Source: Candidatus Micrarchaeum sp.
GTDB lineage: Archaea; Micrarchaeota; Micrarchaeia; Micrarchaeales; Micrarchaeaceae
Length of the DNA stretch: 32,000 nt
Assembly: GCF_016806735.1 (NCBI RefSeq)
Contig: NZ_CP060530.1
Location: 900,001-932,000, forward strand
Direction of reading: 5' to 3'
Under the pieces are notes generated by a model. That model made no database searches. It was not told where the DNA came from and saw nothing but the letters and a program-made list of their open reading frames with translations. Positions 1 to 8,484 of this stretch are shown here, one piece after another. Both the position numbers and the translations under genes were made by a program. Each line of letters begins with the position of its first letter. Within the stretch, counting starts at the first letter, position 1.

Positions 1-1
1 C

Positions 2-931
2 AAGGTCGACGGAAGCTACGTAAACCTGAAGAAGAGCAATTCGGAGCTTCTGCCCGCAACACATTCGGTAAGGCTGTTCTTCGACGGCGATTCGTATTTC
101 TACGCAATAATGGTAAAGGAGCTTGAGACCAAGCGCAGGATAGACGACCTCGAGCAGTCCAACAGGAAGCTGGAGGGCCAGTCGAAGAGCCTCAAGATGA
201 CAAGCGACCTCAAGTCCCAATTCATATACAACATATCCCATGAGCTGAAGACCCCGCTGACAAACATAAAGGGGTTCGCCAAATTGCTCAGGGAGGGCGA
301 ATTCGGGGCTCTTAACCCCGACCAAAAGGAGTACATTGACACCATACTCGACGAGGCAGATAGGCTCATGCTAATAATAACGCAGGTTCTTGATGCTGCA
401 AAGCTCGAAGCCAACAAGGTAAAGCTCGATATAAAGGAGGTCAACCTTGCAGAGCTCTCTGGCAACCCGAGCATAAAGGCAATGGAGGAATCCGCCAAGA
501 ACAAGGGGCTGGGATTCTCGTGGACTGTCGATTACGACGTGCCTGCGATAACGGCAGACCCGAACAGGCTCATACAGGTGTTCGTGAACCTCATAGGCAA
601 TTCCATAAAATTCACCGAAACGGGAAAGATAACGGTTCATGTGTCAAAGTACAGCAAGCGCAGCGTGATGTGCGAGGTCATTGATACCGGAATAGGCATA
701 AGCGACGAGGACAAGAGAAAGATATTCAAGAAATTTTACCAGGCTTCCAAGAAGGGGCTATTGAAGCCGGACGGCACCGGTACCGGACTCGGCCTTGCGA
801 TAACAAAGGAGATAATTGACCTGCACAGGGGGCGCATAAAGTTTGACTCGACGCAGGGCAAGGGAAGCAGGTTCTATTTCACCATACCCATAAGCCAAAA
901 TTCATACGGAAAGAGAAGAAAGAAAGAGTAG
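2..931 (+). CDS. Sensor histidine kinase, C-terminal portion (5' end lies upstream of the window)
   Basis: The frame of the listed 110..931 ORF stays open back to nt 2 (KVDGSYVNLKK...), so the gene enters from upstream. Motifs: H-box ISHELKTPLTNIKGF, N-box NLIGNSIKFT, G1 DTGIGI, F FKKFYQ, G2 GTGLGLAITKEI (HisKA + HATPase_c). Confidence 0.9.
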   Translation, partial: KVDGSYVNLKKSNSELLPATHSVRLFFDGDSYFYAIMVKELETKRRIDDLEQSNRKLEGQSKSLKMTSDLKSQFIYNISHELKTPLTNIKGFAKLLREGEFGALNPDQKEYIDTILDEADRLMLIITQVLDAAKLEANKVKLDIKEVNLAELSGNPSIKAMEESAKNKGLGFSWTVDYDVPAITADPNRLIQVFVNLIGNSIKFTETGKITVHVSKYSKRSVMCEVIDTGIGISDEDKRKIFKKFYQASKKGLLKPDGTGTGLGLAITKEIIDLHRGRIKFDSTQGKGSRFYFTIPISQNSYGKRRKKE

Positions 932-947
932 CTGCAGCTTGACGATT

Positions 948-1967
948 TTACGGAATGTATATGCCGCACGCGCCTCCAATCCTGACTGCGCTGAGATATC
1001 CCTGATACAAAGTACTCTCGTTAGTACCTGCAAATATCCCTGAATATGTAACGTTGCTGATGGCACCATCCGAAGAGTTTATTATCATTGAAAGTGCGGT
1101 CCCGGTAGTTATTGTGCTCTTGCTTATGGTAGTATAGTTTGCCCTGTATATTGGGCCCGAAACGTCGTTAAGCGCATAGGACATATTGAATGGCACGAAC
1201 GCGCTCACGTTTTTGTATGTCTGTGGACCAGATGGAGGAACACCGTAATTGTTGGATTCGTAAGTCTTGTTGTAAAGCGAAGAGGTGCAATAGGATGTGT
1301 TATGGTAGAGCTCCGAATAGTTTTCCATTAGTGAGTAGTATTTGCTCGCCTGCAGCGCTGAGAGTGCTTTGGAATAGCCGTTGGGCTGCGAAGCCGTTGT
1401 GGTAATGGTCGTGGCTACCGTTGTAGTGGTAGTTGATCCAGACTTTGTAGAGTTTGAGCTTTTTGGAGGTGTAGGCGATATTGTGCTTGTCGTAGTCGCG
1501 CTTGAGTTTGTTGATACTATCCTTATCAGTGTGGAGTCTGGAGCCACAGCTGCAGATTGGCTTATCGTTATGAAACGGACGAGAGCCGAAGTGCCGTTTA
1601 CCGCCAGCAGCTCCACGCCTATGTCCGCGTACTTGGACATGTAATTCGCGTGTATCGTAGTATCCTTGCTTAGCGATACGGCCATGAGCGGATTTACGAA
1701 TGAAGGCTGCTTGGATATGTAAAGCGTGCTGCCGGAACCCATGTATGCCGCATACTCTACACCTCCAAGTATGAATACCGTGCCGTTGGAGCTTATAGTC
1801 ACGTTGCCGGATGAGCCGAGATCCTGAACGCCCCTATATGTCAATGCGTATAGGGCTATGGCTATTATGATTATCGCGATTATTAGGTATATCGCAAGGC
1901 CCTTGACGTTAGTCTTGCGATGGGCGTGATGTTTTGGATTACCGGAGGCCATGTTTAAGAATTGCAA
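948..1967 (-). CDS. Membrane-anchored Ser/Thr-rich, probably glycosylated surface protein (hypothetical)
   Basis: 339-aa ORF with a basic N-terminus and one TM helix (LAIYLIIAIIIIAIALYALTY). Low-complexity linker SSATTTSTISPTPPKSSNSTKSGSTTTTTVATTITTTAS. About 14 N-x-S/T sequons by eye. The start may be the internal MASGNPKHH (1952). No family recognised. Confidence 0.6.
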   Translation of the reverse strand: MQFLNMASGNPKHHAHRKTNVKGLAIYLIIAIIIIAIALYALTYRGVQDLGSSGNVTISSNGTVFILGGVEYAAYMGSGSTLYISKQPSFVNPLMAVSLSKDTTIHANYMSKYADIGVELLAVNGTSALVRFITISQSAAVAPDSTLIRIVSTNSSATTTSTISPTPPKSSNSTKSGSTTTTTVATTITTTASQPNGYSKALSALQASKYYSLMENYSELYHNTSYCTSSLYNKTYESNNYGVPPSGPQTYKNVSAFVPFNMSYALNDVSGPIYRANYTTISKSTITTGTALSMIINSSDGAISNVTYSGIFAGTNESTLYQGYLSAVRIGGACGIYIP

Positions 1968-2079
1968 GGCAAATCTTTTAATGCTTGCTTTGCGGGGTTT
2001 TCAACGCAGAAAAGGCGGCGATTATGGCCATTGGCAAGATATAATATACTTTTTGTTGATTTATTATTCGGTGACCTTT

Positions 2080-3282
2080 ATGGATGAATTTCATGACTTT
2101 TCCGAAGAGATTCTGTCTATTATAAACGATAAGCAGCAGATAGCGTACAGCGAGCTGAAGGACAGATCTTTTGGCATGGGCATCTCGCTCGAGCAGCTGA
2201 ACGGTTCGCTAAAGGAGCTGGAGAACACGAAGGCCATCGCATCAAGGAGCAATGGAGGCATAATGACCTATTACGTTCTTCAGGAGGACAAGCAGCTAAG
2301 GAAGGTGCTCATTGTAGAGGACGACAAGAATATAAACAAGCTCATGGCGCTTTCCCTTGGAAAGGGATTCGAGATAATGCAGGTCTATGACGGGGGCGAA
2401 GCGATAGGCGTTGTCAAGGGGAAAAGGCCCGACTTGGTAATACTTGACCTTATGCTGCCGCACATGAACGGGCAGGATATATGCAATACGATAAAGAGCG
2501 ACAAGGATATCAGGGATACTACGGTGATATTGGTGAGCGCAATGGACCCCACCAACAACAGGTTCACCGCACTCAAGAATGGCGCAGACTATTACATAAA
2601 GAAGCCTTTTGACCCTATAGAACTCAGGAGCCTTGTGACCCTCTTTCTGAAAAAGAAAGGCAAAAGGTTCGACCCGCTGATAGACCTTCCGGACGAGGAC
2701 AGAATATCGCGTGAAATAGAGCATTCGCTTAAAGAGGGGGAGCAATACGTCATAGGCACGATAAGGATAGACAACTTCGGAGAATATGCCAAGCGCTTCG
2801 GGGAAAAGTCCGGCATAGTAATACTAAGGCTCATATCCCAGCTGCTGCAGGACATAATAAAGAATTCGGGCAGCGGAGTTTTTGTTGGCTTCTTGAACAG
2901 CGACCAGTTTGTAATTGCAGGGATGCAGCAGAATGTCAACGATGTAATTTCCGGCATACAGGCCGAATTTACGGCTGTTCTGCCCTTCATACTGCAGGAT
3001 GAAGGCTTCAGGCAGATGGACCTCGACATAGAGAGCCTTTTTGAATCCAAAGAGGTGCCCAAGCTTTCCCTCGTTTACAACGAGATAGGCAAAAGCGACC
3101 TTAAGAAGAGGCGCAGCGAAATATTGGAAAGCAAGACGGAGGGCCAGGGAGACATAGGCACTTATACCTACGAAGAACTGCAGAAGCTGTTCGGCAGCTC
3201 TGACCTTGACGTAGTAATAACAAGGGATTCGAATGGCGTTAGGCTCCAGGTGGGAAAAAATGCGTCGGAAGCTGGCAGGTAG
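2080..3282 (+). CDS. Response regulator: winged-helix-like N-domain + REC receiver + degenerate GGDEF-like C-domain
   Basis: REC motifs: VLIVEDD, phospho-acceptor in DLVILDLMLPHMNG, ILVSA, YIKKPF. C-terminal by-eye match to the GGDEF fold: IRIDNFGEYAKRFGEKSGIVILRLISQLL ... VGFLNSDQFVIAG, with NSDQF in place of GGDEF. Start set at ATG 2080 (MDEFHDF) because the listed 1951 start overlaps the opposite-strand gene and encodes junk-like residues. Confidence 0.8.
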   Translation: MDEFHDFSEEILSIINDKQQIAYSELKDRSFGMGISLEQLNGSLKELENTKAIASRSNGGIMTYYVLQEDKQLRKVLIVEDDKNINKLMALSLGKGFEIMQVYDGGEAIGVVKGKRPDLVILDLMLPHMNGQDICNTIKSDKDIRDTTVILVSAMDPTNNRFTALKNGADYYIKKPFDPIELRSLVTLFLKKKGKRFDPLIDLPDEDRISREIEHSLKEGEQYVIGTIRIDNFGEYAKRFGEKSGIVILRLISQLLQDIIKNSGSGVFVGFLNSDQFVIAGMQQNVNDVISGIQAEFTAVLPFILQDEGFRQMDLDIESLFESKEVPKLSLVYNEIGKSDLKKRRSEILESKTEGQGDIGTYTYEELQKLFGSSDLDVVITRDSNGVRLQVGKNASEAGR

Positions 3283-3835
3283 ATTTGGCGAGGGTATAAG
3301 GGCGCAGATGTCGCTTGACTTCATAATATCCTACGGTGTAGCCTTCATAATAATCTCCGCTGCAATTTACATAATAATGACGAGCGGCATATTCAACCCT
3401 ACAGTAATACCTGAAAACTGCGTACCTTCGCCTTCATTCGTATGCGATTCATACGGGATAAATACCACAGGGGCAATGGTAATAAAGCTGTCGCAAGCAA
3501 CCGGCGGCACCATAAACGTGACGGGAGTTGCATGCGCTGTAAATTCTAACTCTACTGACGAAAACCTGCCAGAGACTGGCAACATAAATATCCTTGGGTA
3601 TTCCGGGGACAGTGGAAGCTACCCTCCCGGGACATTCACTTCCAACGGCGTAATAGTATACAGCGACGGCTACGGTATCCTCAACGCGTACTGCTATGCC
3701 ACCAATGGTGCCATAGACTCCCAGCCCCTTGGAAACAGTTTTACTGGCTACATATTCATAAATTATACGACAAGTGGATTGCCTTCCCAGCACACTTTAA
3801 TAAAGGTTGCATCAGTAACAATGAAATATACTTGA
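3260..3835 (+). CDS. Archaeal type IV pilin-like protein with class III signal peptide
   Basis: MRRKLAGRFGEGIRA|QMSLDFIISYGVAFIIISAAIYIIM has a short charged leader, an R-A/Q-x-S-L-D-F motif resembling the K/R-G-Q-x-S-x-E-F/Y class III signal, and a hydrophobic helix. The Gly/Thr/Asn-rich globular part carries N-x-S/T sequons. ATG 3260 overlaps the upstream stop (3280-3282) by 23 nt. Confidence 0.65.
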   Translation: MRRKLAGRFGEGIRAQMSLDFIISYGVAFIIISAAIYIIMTSGIFNPTVIPENCVPSPSFVCDSYGINTTGAMVIKLSQATGGTINVTGVACAVNSNSTDENLPETGNINILGYSGDSGSYPPGTFTSNGVIVYSDGYGILNAYCYATNGAIDSQPLGNSFTGYIFINYTTSGLPSQHTLIKVASVTMKYT

Positions 3836-3851
3836 CCACGTTGGCTTTTGC

Positions 3852-4688
3852 ATGTTGAGGAGCGTTGTTTTAATAATGTTTTTTGCGCTGCTTGCATTGG
3901 GCGCAGTGAGCTTCGCTGCCGGAACATATGTGAACATTACGGAGCCGTACAACGCAACAGTAACGAGCAACGGGAGCATTTACCTTGGAAAAGCAGGCCC
4001 AGGGCAGACGTTCTCTGTAACCATATCGTCCCTCACAACCAACGGCACAGGGGCTGTCTTCAGCAGGGGATGGAACAAGCTCGTGGTTACCAGCTACCCC
4101 AAGGGCTGGGTCGTAAAGAATTCGGCTCTCTACCGCTCCACGCTCACAATCGACATAACCCCTTCTCCTCAAGCAGCCAACGGCACGTATAAGCTTGAAT
4201 TAAGCGCCGTCAACATAGGAAATTATTCCAAGATAGGCTCGCTCAACTTTGTGGCATACGTCAACATAACTCCAAATGTATTCAGGATGAGCGTTGCACC
4301 GGAGAAGGTTTATGGCAGCCCCGGTGAGCCGAAGAGCATTACGGTAACGATAAACAATACAGGAGTCTCAGACAGCCCGTTCATAATAAACGTCTCTGGA
4401 ATACAGGGCGTGCAGCTTCAGCCAGAAACCGTTATAGCACTTCACCACACTAGCGAGACCTTCAAGTATGCTATTTTTGCGAGGACGCCCGGGCGGTATA
4501 CCCCTACTGTCAATGTAAGCTCGCTTGAGAGCCCTCTGGTAAGAAAATCAGTAGGCATAAATCTTGACATAAAGCCAAGCCTGCTTGACGATTATTACGC
4601 AATCGGCCAGGGCTCGCCAATATTTCCGATAATATACGAGCCTTCCTACGTGCTTATGTACGTGATAGGGCTACTGTCAAAACTCTGA
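3852..4688 (+). CDS. Secreted, C-terminally anchored glycoprotein with CARDB/Ig-like repeats (hypothetical)
   Basis: N-terminal signal peptide MLRSVVLIMFFALLALGAVSFAAG and C-terminal TM YVLMYVIGLLSKL. About ten N-x-S/T sequons. The beta-rich segment PKSITVTINNTGVSDSPFIINV resembles CARDB domains. Confidence 0.6.
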   Translation: MLRSVVLIMFFALLALGAVSFAAGTYVNITEPYNATVTSNGSIYLGKAGPGQTFSVTISSLTTNGTGAVFSRGWNKLVVTSYPKGWVVKNSALYRSTLTIDITPSPQAANGTYKLELSAVNIGNYSKIGSLNFVAYVNITPNVFRMSVAPEKVYGSPGEPKSITVTINNTGVSDSPFIINVSGIQGVQLQPETVIALHHTSETFKYAIFARTPGRYTPTVNVSSLESPLVRKSVGINLDIKPSLLDDYYAIGQGSPIFPIIYEPSYVLMYVIGLLSKL

Positions 4689-4698
4689 TGGTGTTTTT

Positions 4699-5382
4699 TT
4701 GGAAAAGAAAGAGAAGAAAGAGCCTAAGGCCATATATGTGAATCCGCTGCAGCTTGAGGACAAGCTCGACATAGGCAGGCTTGCCTATACCATGGGACAG
4801 GAGGTAAAAGCCATTTACGCAATGGACATAGGAGGAAAGCGCTCCGTTTTTCTCCTGGGAGAGTTCATAGGGGAGACAAGGATGCTTTACTACTTTCCAG
4901 AAGAAACTTCTGGAAGCTATGCGGTTTACAGCCCAAAGAACGAAAACGGAGTTGAAAGCTTCGAAATTACCGGCAGGCTTACGGCATATGCAAGCCTGGG
5001 CGTATCGCGAATTCCGATAATAGAGCTGGACAACAAGAATTTCAAGACCAAGGAACCAAAACCTGAGGGCATACTTTATGTAAAGGCAAAGAAATACGAG
5101 GATATAGTCAATGCAGTCATAAGCGGAAACATAAACGGCGACGGCATAGGCATGGTTTACAAATTCCGCTATGAAGGCAAGACTTATATCGGCTCTTTCG
5201 AGATAATAACTGACGACAAGAAGGTATTCGTATACGCAGAGACTGAGGACTTCGACGGATCCTTCTATGTGTATGATTATTCAAGCGGAAAGATCAGCAC
5301 TGCGAGAAGCTTTTCGGAGAATTCTTATATTTATGTGCGCATAATTAACCTTGCGGCTCCTATGCCAAACTTCAAGGATTAA
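4699..5382 (+). CDS. Hypothetical soluble protein
   Basis: 227-aa ORF with a TTG start 5 nt downstream of GGTG (4690-4693). No TM segment or recognisable motif. Same strand as the surface-protein gene and 10 nt after it. Confidence 0.5.
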   Translation: MEKKEKKEPKAIYVNPLQLEDKLDIGRLAYTMGQEVKAIYAMDIGGKRSVFLLGEFIGETRMLYYFPEETSGSYAVYSPKNENGVESFEITGRLTAYASLGVSRIPIIELDNKNFKTKEPKPEGILYVKAKKYEDIVNAVISGNINGDGIGMVYKFRYEGKTYIGSFEIITDDKKVFVYAETEDFDGSFYVYDYSSGKISTARSFSENSYIYVRIINLAAPMPNFKD

Positions 5383-5389
5383 TTTTTAT

Positions 5390-5461
5390 GCCCGAGTAGC
5401 TCAATGGTAGAGCGACTGGCTGTTAACCAGTAGGTTGCAGGTCCGATTCCCGCCTCGGGCG
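5390..5461 (+). tRNA. tRNA-Asn (anticodon GTT)
   Basis: Cloverleaf by hand: acceptor gcccgag/ctcgggc, D arm gctc-aatggta-gagc, anticodon arm actgg-ctGTTaa-ccagt, T arm gcagg-tccgatt-cccgc (one A-C mismatch), discriminator g. No encoded CCA. Confidence 0.9.
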
Positions 5462-5499
5462 ATTCTTTTTATATTTGCACGAATATATCGTTTGATAGA

Positions 5500-5931
5500 A
5501 TGGCGGCTTCAAAAAAGGAGGGAGATAAAAAAGTCGGACTTACCAAAGAGGAGCAGGAAGCGATGGTCGAGCGGTTGAAGGAAATCAACAATAAAGAGGA
5601 CGGTGAAACTGCCGTCATAGCAAAAATAAAGGAGATGCCTGAACCAGATAAGAGCATGGCTATGGAGATACACGAAATCGTAAGGAAGACAGCTCCTGAG
5701 CTTAAGCCAAGGACATGGTATGGCATGCCGGCTTACGCAAAGAATGACAAGATAGTGTGCTTTTTCCAATCCAGCAGCAAGTTCAAGAGCAGGTATTCTA
5801 CCCTGGGGTTTTCAGACAAGGCCATGATGGATGAAGGTGATATGTGGCCCGTTACCTATGCGATCAAGAGTTTGACTGCCAAGGAAAAAGCAATGATAAC
5901 CGAACTCATAAAGAAAGCAGTGGGCAGATAA
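5500..5931 (+). CDS. DUF1801 / YdhG-like domain protein
   Basis: 143 aa. The core [41 protein letters not shown] resembles the YdhG-like (DUF1801) signature yGmPay...k.v.f....k..y.tlgF. Confidence 0.6.
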   Translation: MAASKKEGDKKVGLTKEEQEAMVERLKEINNKEDGETAVIAKIKEMPEPDKSMAMEIHEIVRKTAPELKPRTWYGMPAYAKNDKIVCFFQSSSKFKSRYSTLGFSDKAMMDEGDMWPVTYAIKSLTAKEKAMITELIKKAVGR

Positions 5932-6471
5932 TCAGGAAACCTGATTCTGGATTTTGGAATTGCCCTTGAAGTTTTTGTACATCCGATATATGTGCCTGGA
6001 CTCTCCAAGCAGCATGCCTGCGCTAAACGCAAGCAGCAAGTCCACTACCGTGTACCAGAAATATGCGCTTGAAGAATTAGCATATGATAAAAACACTGAA
6101 GATGCAGACGCCGTTGGCAATGGAAGCACTATTTCTATGAGCAAACGGACTACGAAGGTGGCGGTCCATATCAAGAAAATTTCATTGGAGCCCCTAAAGC
6201 GTATTGCTCCGTCCTTTTCGAAAACCTTGGATTTTATCCCTAGATTTGTCCCGATAATATACCCTATTATGCCGGCAAGCAGAGCAAATGAGAGAACCTC
6301 TATGCTGGGAGTCAGAGCCAGAAGAACCAGCGTCAGAAACGCGTACAGCACAGGCCTTGTAAATATCCTTCGGGTGTCGGCCATCCTGCCCCTCATCTGG
6401 CTTCGCATGCGGAGCGCTACGAATAGCAGTACAATAATTATCACATAAACATATTCGTATTCGTTTGACAT
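5932..6471 (-). CDS. Integral membrane protein, CcdC/DUF1453-like
   Basis: 179 aa with about 4-5 TM helices. By-eye similarity to B. subtilis CcdC (VALRMRSQMRGR... and IKSKVFEKDGAIRFRGSNEIFLIWTATFVVRLLIEIVL versus KTSKFEVRDNEIYLKRSKAFVFILVGLLVIRIVLKLIL). Its stop abuts the stop of the convergent 5500..5931 gene. Confidence 0.55.
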   Translation of the reverse strand: MSNEYEYVYVIIIVLLFVALRMRSQMRGRMADTRRIFTRPVLYAFLTLVLLALTPSIEVLSFALLAGIIGYIIGTNLGIKSKVFEKDGAIRFRGSNEIFLIWTATFVVRLLIEIVLPLPTASASSVFLSYANSSSAYFWYTVVDLLLAFSAGMLLGESRHIYRMYKNFKGNSKIQNQVS

Positions 6472-6710
6472 GCGAATGGCATCTTTATCGCGGTTGTTTT
6501 ATTGCATGTATTATTCTTATGCTTGGCCTGCTTATAGGGTAGCGTATGCCGAAGGATACTTGCATCTTTTTCCAACCAACAACAGGACTTATTCCAATGA
6601 TGGAGAATTTATACTTTACTCCATGTTTTATAACTGTCTTATTATATGGCTTTTGGCATAGGTTTAAAAATCTAGTAATGCAAAGATGATTTGACCAGTT
6701 GGTGATTTTA

Positions 6711-7088
6711 ATGGGTAGGGAAAAGAGTTCTAAAAAAGGTGGGCAAAACACTTCTAGCACCCCTAAGAACGACATAGTGGAGCTTGGCCTGGAGGAGGCA
6801 ATAGACCTCATAGGAAAAAAGAACACTAAGCTTGTCTGGCTAGGATCTGAGCCGGAAGACGTGATAAGCAGGGCAATAGACGTGCCGAAGGAAATGATAG
6901 TAAGAATCACTCCTGAGGAGATAATCTATTATGACGAAAAGCAGATGAAGAAGCTCAACAACCACGTATTTGCAGGCTACCAGGATAGCACTTCGAAGTT
7001 TGTCATAAGGTTCATGAAGAACAAGTGCAACCTGGAGGCCGCTTCTTTGAAAGGAGGCGTAAACGGCATAATAGGAGACATACTCTGA
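6711..7088 (+). CDS. Hypothetical protein, possibly an inactive rhodanese-like domain
   Basis: ATG at 6711 (MGREKSSKK); the listed 6699 start is TTG. The C-terminal HVFAGYQDSTSKFVIRFMKNK..LEAASLKGGVNG loosely resembles a rhodanese loop and LxGG motif but lacks the catalytic Cys. Weak call. Confidence 0.4.
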   Translation: MGREKSSKKGGQNTSSTPKNDIVELGLEEAIDLIGKKNTKLVWLGSEPEDVISRAIDVPKEMIVRITPEEIIYYDEKQMKKLNNHVFAGYQDSTSKFVIRFMKNKCNLEAASLKGGVNGIIGDIL

Positions 7089-7131
7089 TTCCTAAACCTT
7101 TTTCTTGCCAGTCCATGCAAGTTAGCGTTAG

Positions 7132-7203
7132 TGGGCCCGCGGAGAGTCGAACTCCGGTCTCAAGCGTGTAAGGCTCGCATCTTAACCGCTGGACTACGGG
7201 CCC
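7132..7203 (-). tRNA. tRNA-Val (anticodon TAC)
   Basis: The reverse complement reads gggcccg-ta-gtcc..agat-g-cgagc-ctTACac-gcttg-agac-cggag-ttcgact-ctccg-cgggccc-a. Acceptor and T stems are perfect. An AAATATT box about 25 nt upstream sits in the 3' end of the aminotransferase gene. Confidence 0.9.
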
Positions 7204-7215
7204 AATAAAGGGTCT

Positions 7216-8448
7216 TTACTTCGAATATTTGTCGCAGAAACGATTTAGTTTATCCATCGCATATTCTAATATGTCTTTCGGAGGAAGCGCGACCACCCTG
7301 ACATGGGAATCGGCGCCGAATCCCGAGCCCCTGCTCAGCATCACGTATTCCTCTTTGAGAAACCTATCGACAAATTCACGATCATCTTTTATCTTAAGGC
7401 TCTTGAAATCTACCCTTGGCAGTATGTAAAATGCGCCGTTTGGCTCTACAACGCGTATCTTTTCATTCTCCTTAAGCACCTTTACTGCTGCGTTGACGCG
7501 CGACTCTATCTCCGATACCATGTGCTTTATTTCTTTGTTGTGCTCTTTCTCGTTTGACATGGACTCGGCAAATGCGTACTGCGCAGGAGTGTTGACGCAA
7601 AGCCTTACGCTTGCAAACTCCGCCAGCTTGGATTTCAGCTCTTCCGACGTTTTATCGCTTTCGGGGAGCAGCATGTAGCCTATCCTGAATCCTGTAGAAT
7701 CGAAGTCTTTCGAAGCTCCGTTGAGTATCATGTGCGGCACCCCCTTCGCGAGCTGGCTAAGGCTCGTGAATTTCGCCTTGTTGTAATATATCTCGTCATA
7801 AATTTCGTCGCTTATGAGAAAAACCCCGTATTCGTTTGCAAGGTCTACGACCTCTTCCAAAACTTTCCTGCTGAGCACAGTGCCGGTAGGGTTGTTCGGA
7901 TTGGTTATGAGCATGTACTTTGTTCTTTTCAGCCTTCCCGAATTCTTTAGGGATTTCAGGGTTTTCTTTATGCTCTCCGGATTTAGGTCCCACCCGTTAG
8001 CTTCGTCGTAATTTTCGTATACCGGAACGCCGCCTGAAATCTTCAATTGCGTGAGGTACTGATTGTAGAATGGCCTGAATATTATCGCGTTGTCGCCAGG
8101 GTTTATCGTAGCCGTGTTTATGAAAAGAAGAGCTTCTGAAACACCGGCAGTCACGATTACGTCATCAGTCTTTAACGATATCCCGTATTTTTTCTTGTAC
8201 CTGTTTGATATGGCTTTTACCAATGGCATTACGCCAGAATCCCTTGAATAGCCGGTCTTTCTTTCCCTTAGCGCCTTTATGTAAGCGTCTATGGTATACT
8301 TTGGAGTAGGGAAATATGCTGGTGGATCGCCCCTGTTTATTTCTATGACTTTTATGCCCCTTTTTATCAATGATTCGGCAACCTTTTCTTCTTCCAGGAT
8401 TGAATTATGTGCGAATGCGCTTCTTTTTGAAAGGATTGAGACGTCCAT
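7216..8448 (-). CDS. PLP-dependent aminotransferase, class I/II (aspartate/alanine aminotransferase-like)
   Basis: 410 aa. Motifs: NPNNPTG, PLP-lysine region GASKDFDSTGFRIGY, C-terminal SRGSGFG..HVRV. Confidence 0.9.
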   Translation of the reverse strand: MDVSILSKRSAFAHNSILEEEKVAESLIKRGIKVIEINRGDPPAYFPTPKYTIDAYIKALRERKTGYSRDSGVMPLVKAISNRYKKKYGISLKTDDVIVTAGVSEALLFINTATINPGDNAIIFRPFYNQYLTQLKISGGVPVYENYDEANGWDLNPESIKKTLKSLKNSGRLKRTKYMLITNPNNPTGTVLSRKVLEEVVDLANEYGVFLISDEIYDEIYYNKAKFTSLSQLAKGVPHMILNGASKDFDSTGFRIGYMLLPESDKTSEELKSKLAEFASVRLCVNTPAQYAFAESMSNEKEHNKEIKHMVSEIESRVNAAVKVLKENEKIRVVEPNGAFYILPRVDFKSLKIKDDREFVDRFLKEEYVMLSRGSGFGADSHVRVVALPPKDILEYAMDKLNRFCDKYSK

Positions 8449-8484
8449 AATTACACCTTATATTAATTGCATGCATAATGATTT

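Noticed and set aside
1951-2079. The upstream extension of the response-regulator ORF (MFKNCKANLL...).
   Set aside because: It overlaps the start of the opposite-strand gene and the AT-rich promoter spacer. Its residues are non-homologous junk, and ATG 2080 begins the winged-helix domain.
6472-6710. A 240-nt divergent intergenic spacer examined for a C/D-box sRNA, another ncRNA, or the 63-aa ORF at 6470..6661.
   Set aside because: There is no RUGAUGA/CUGA box pair. Only weak stems are present (for example atggag-N13-ctccat). The small ORF is aromatic-rich with no start context. Two divergent promoters explain the spacer best.
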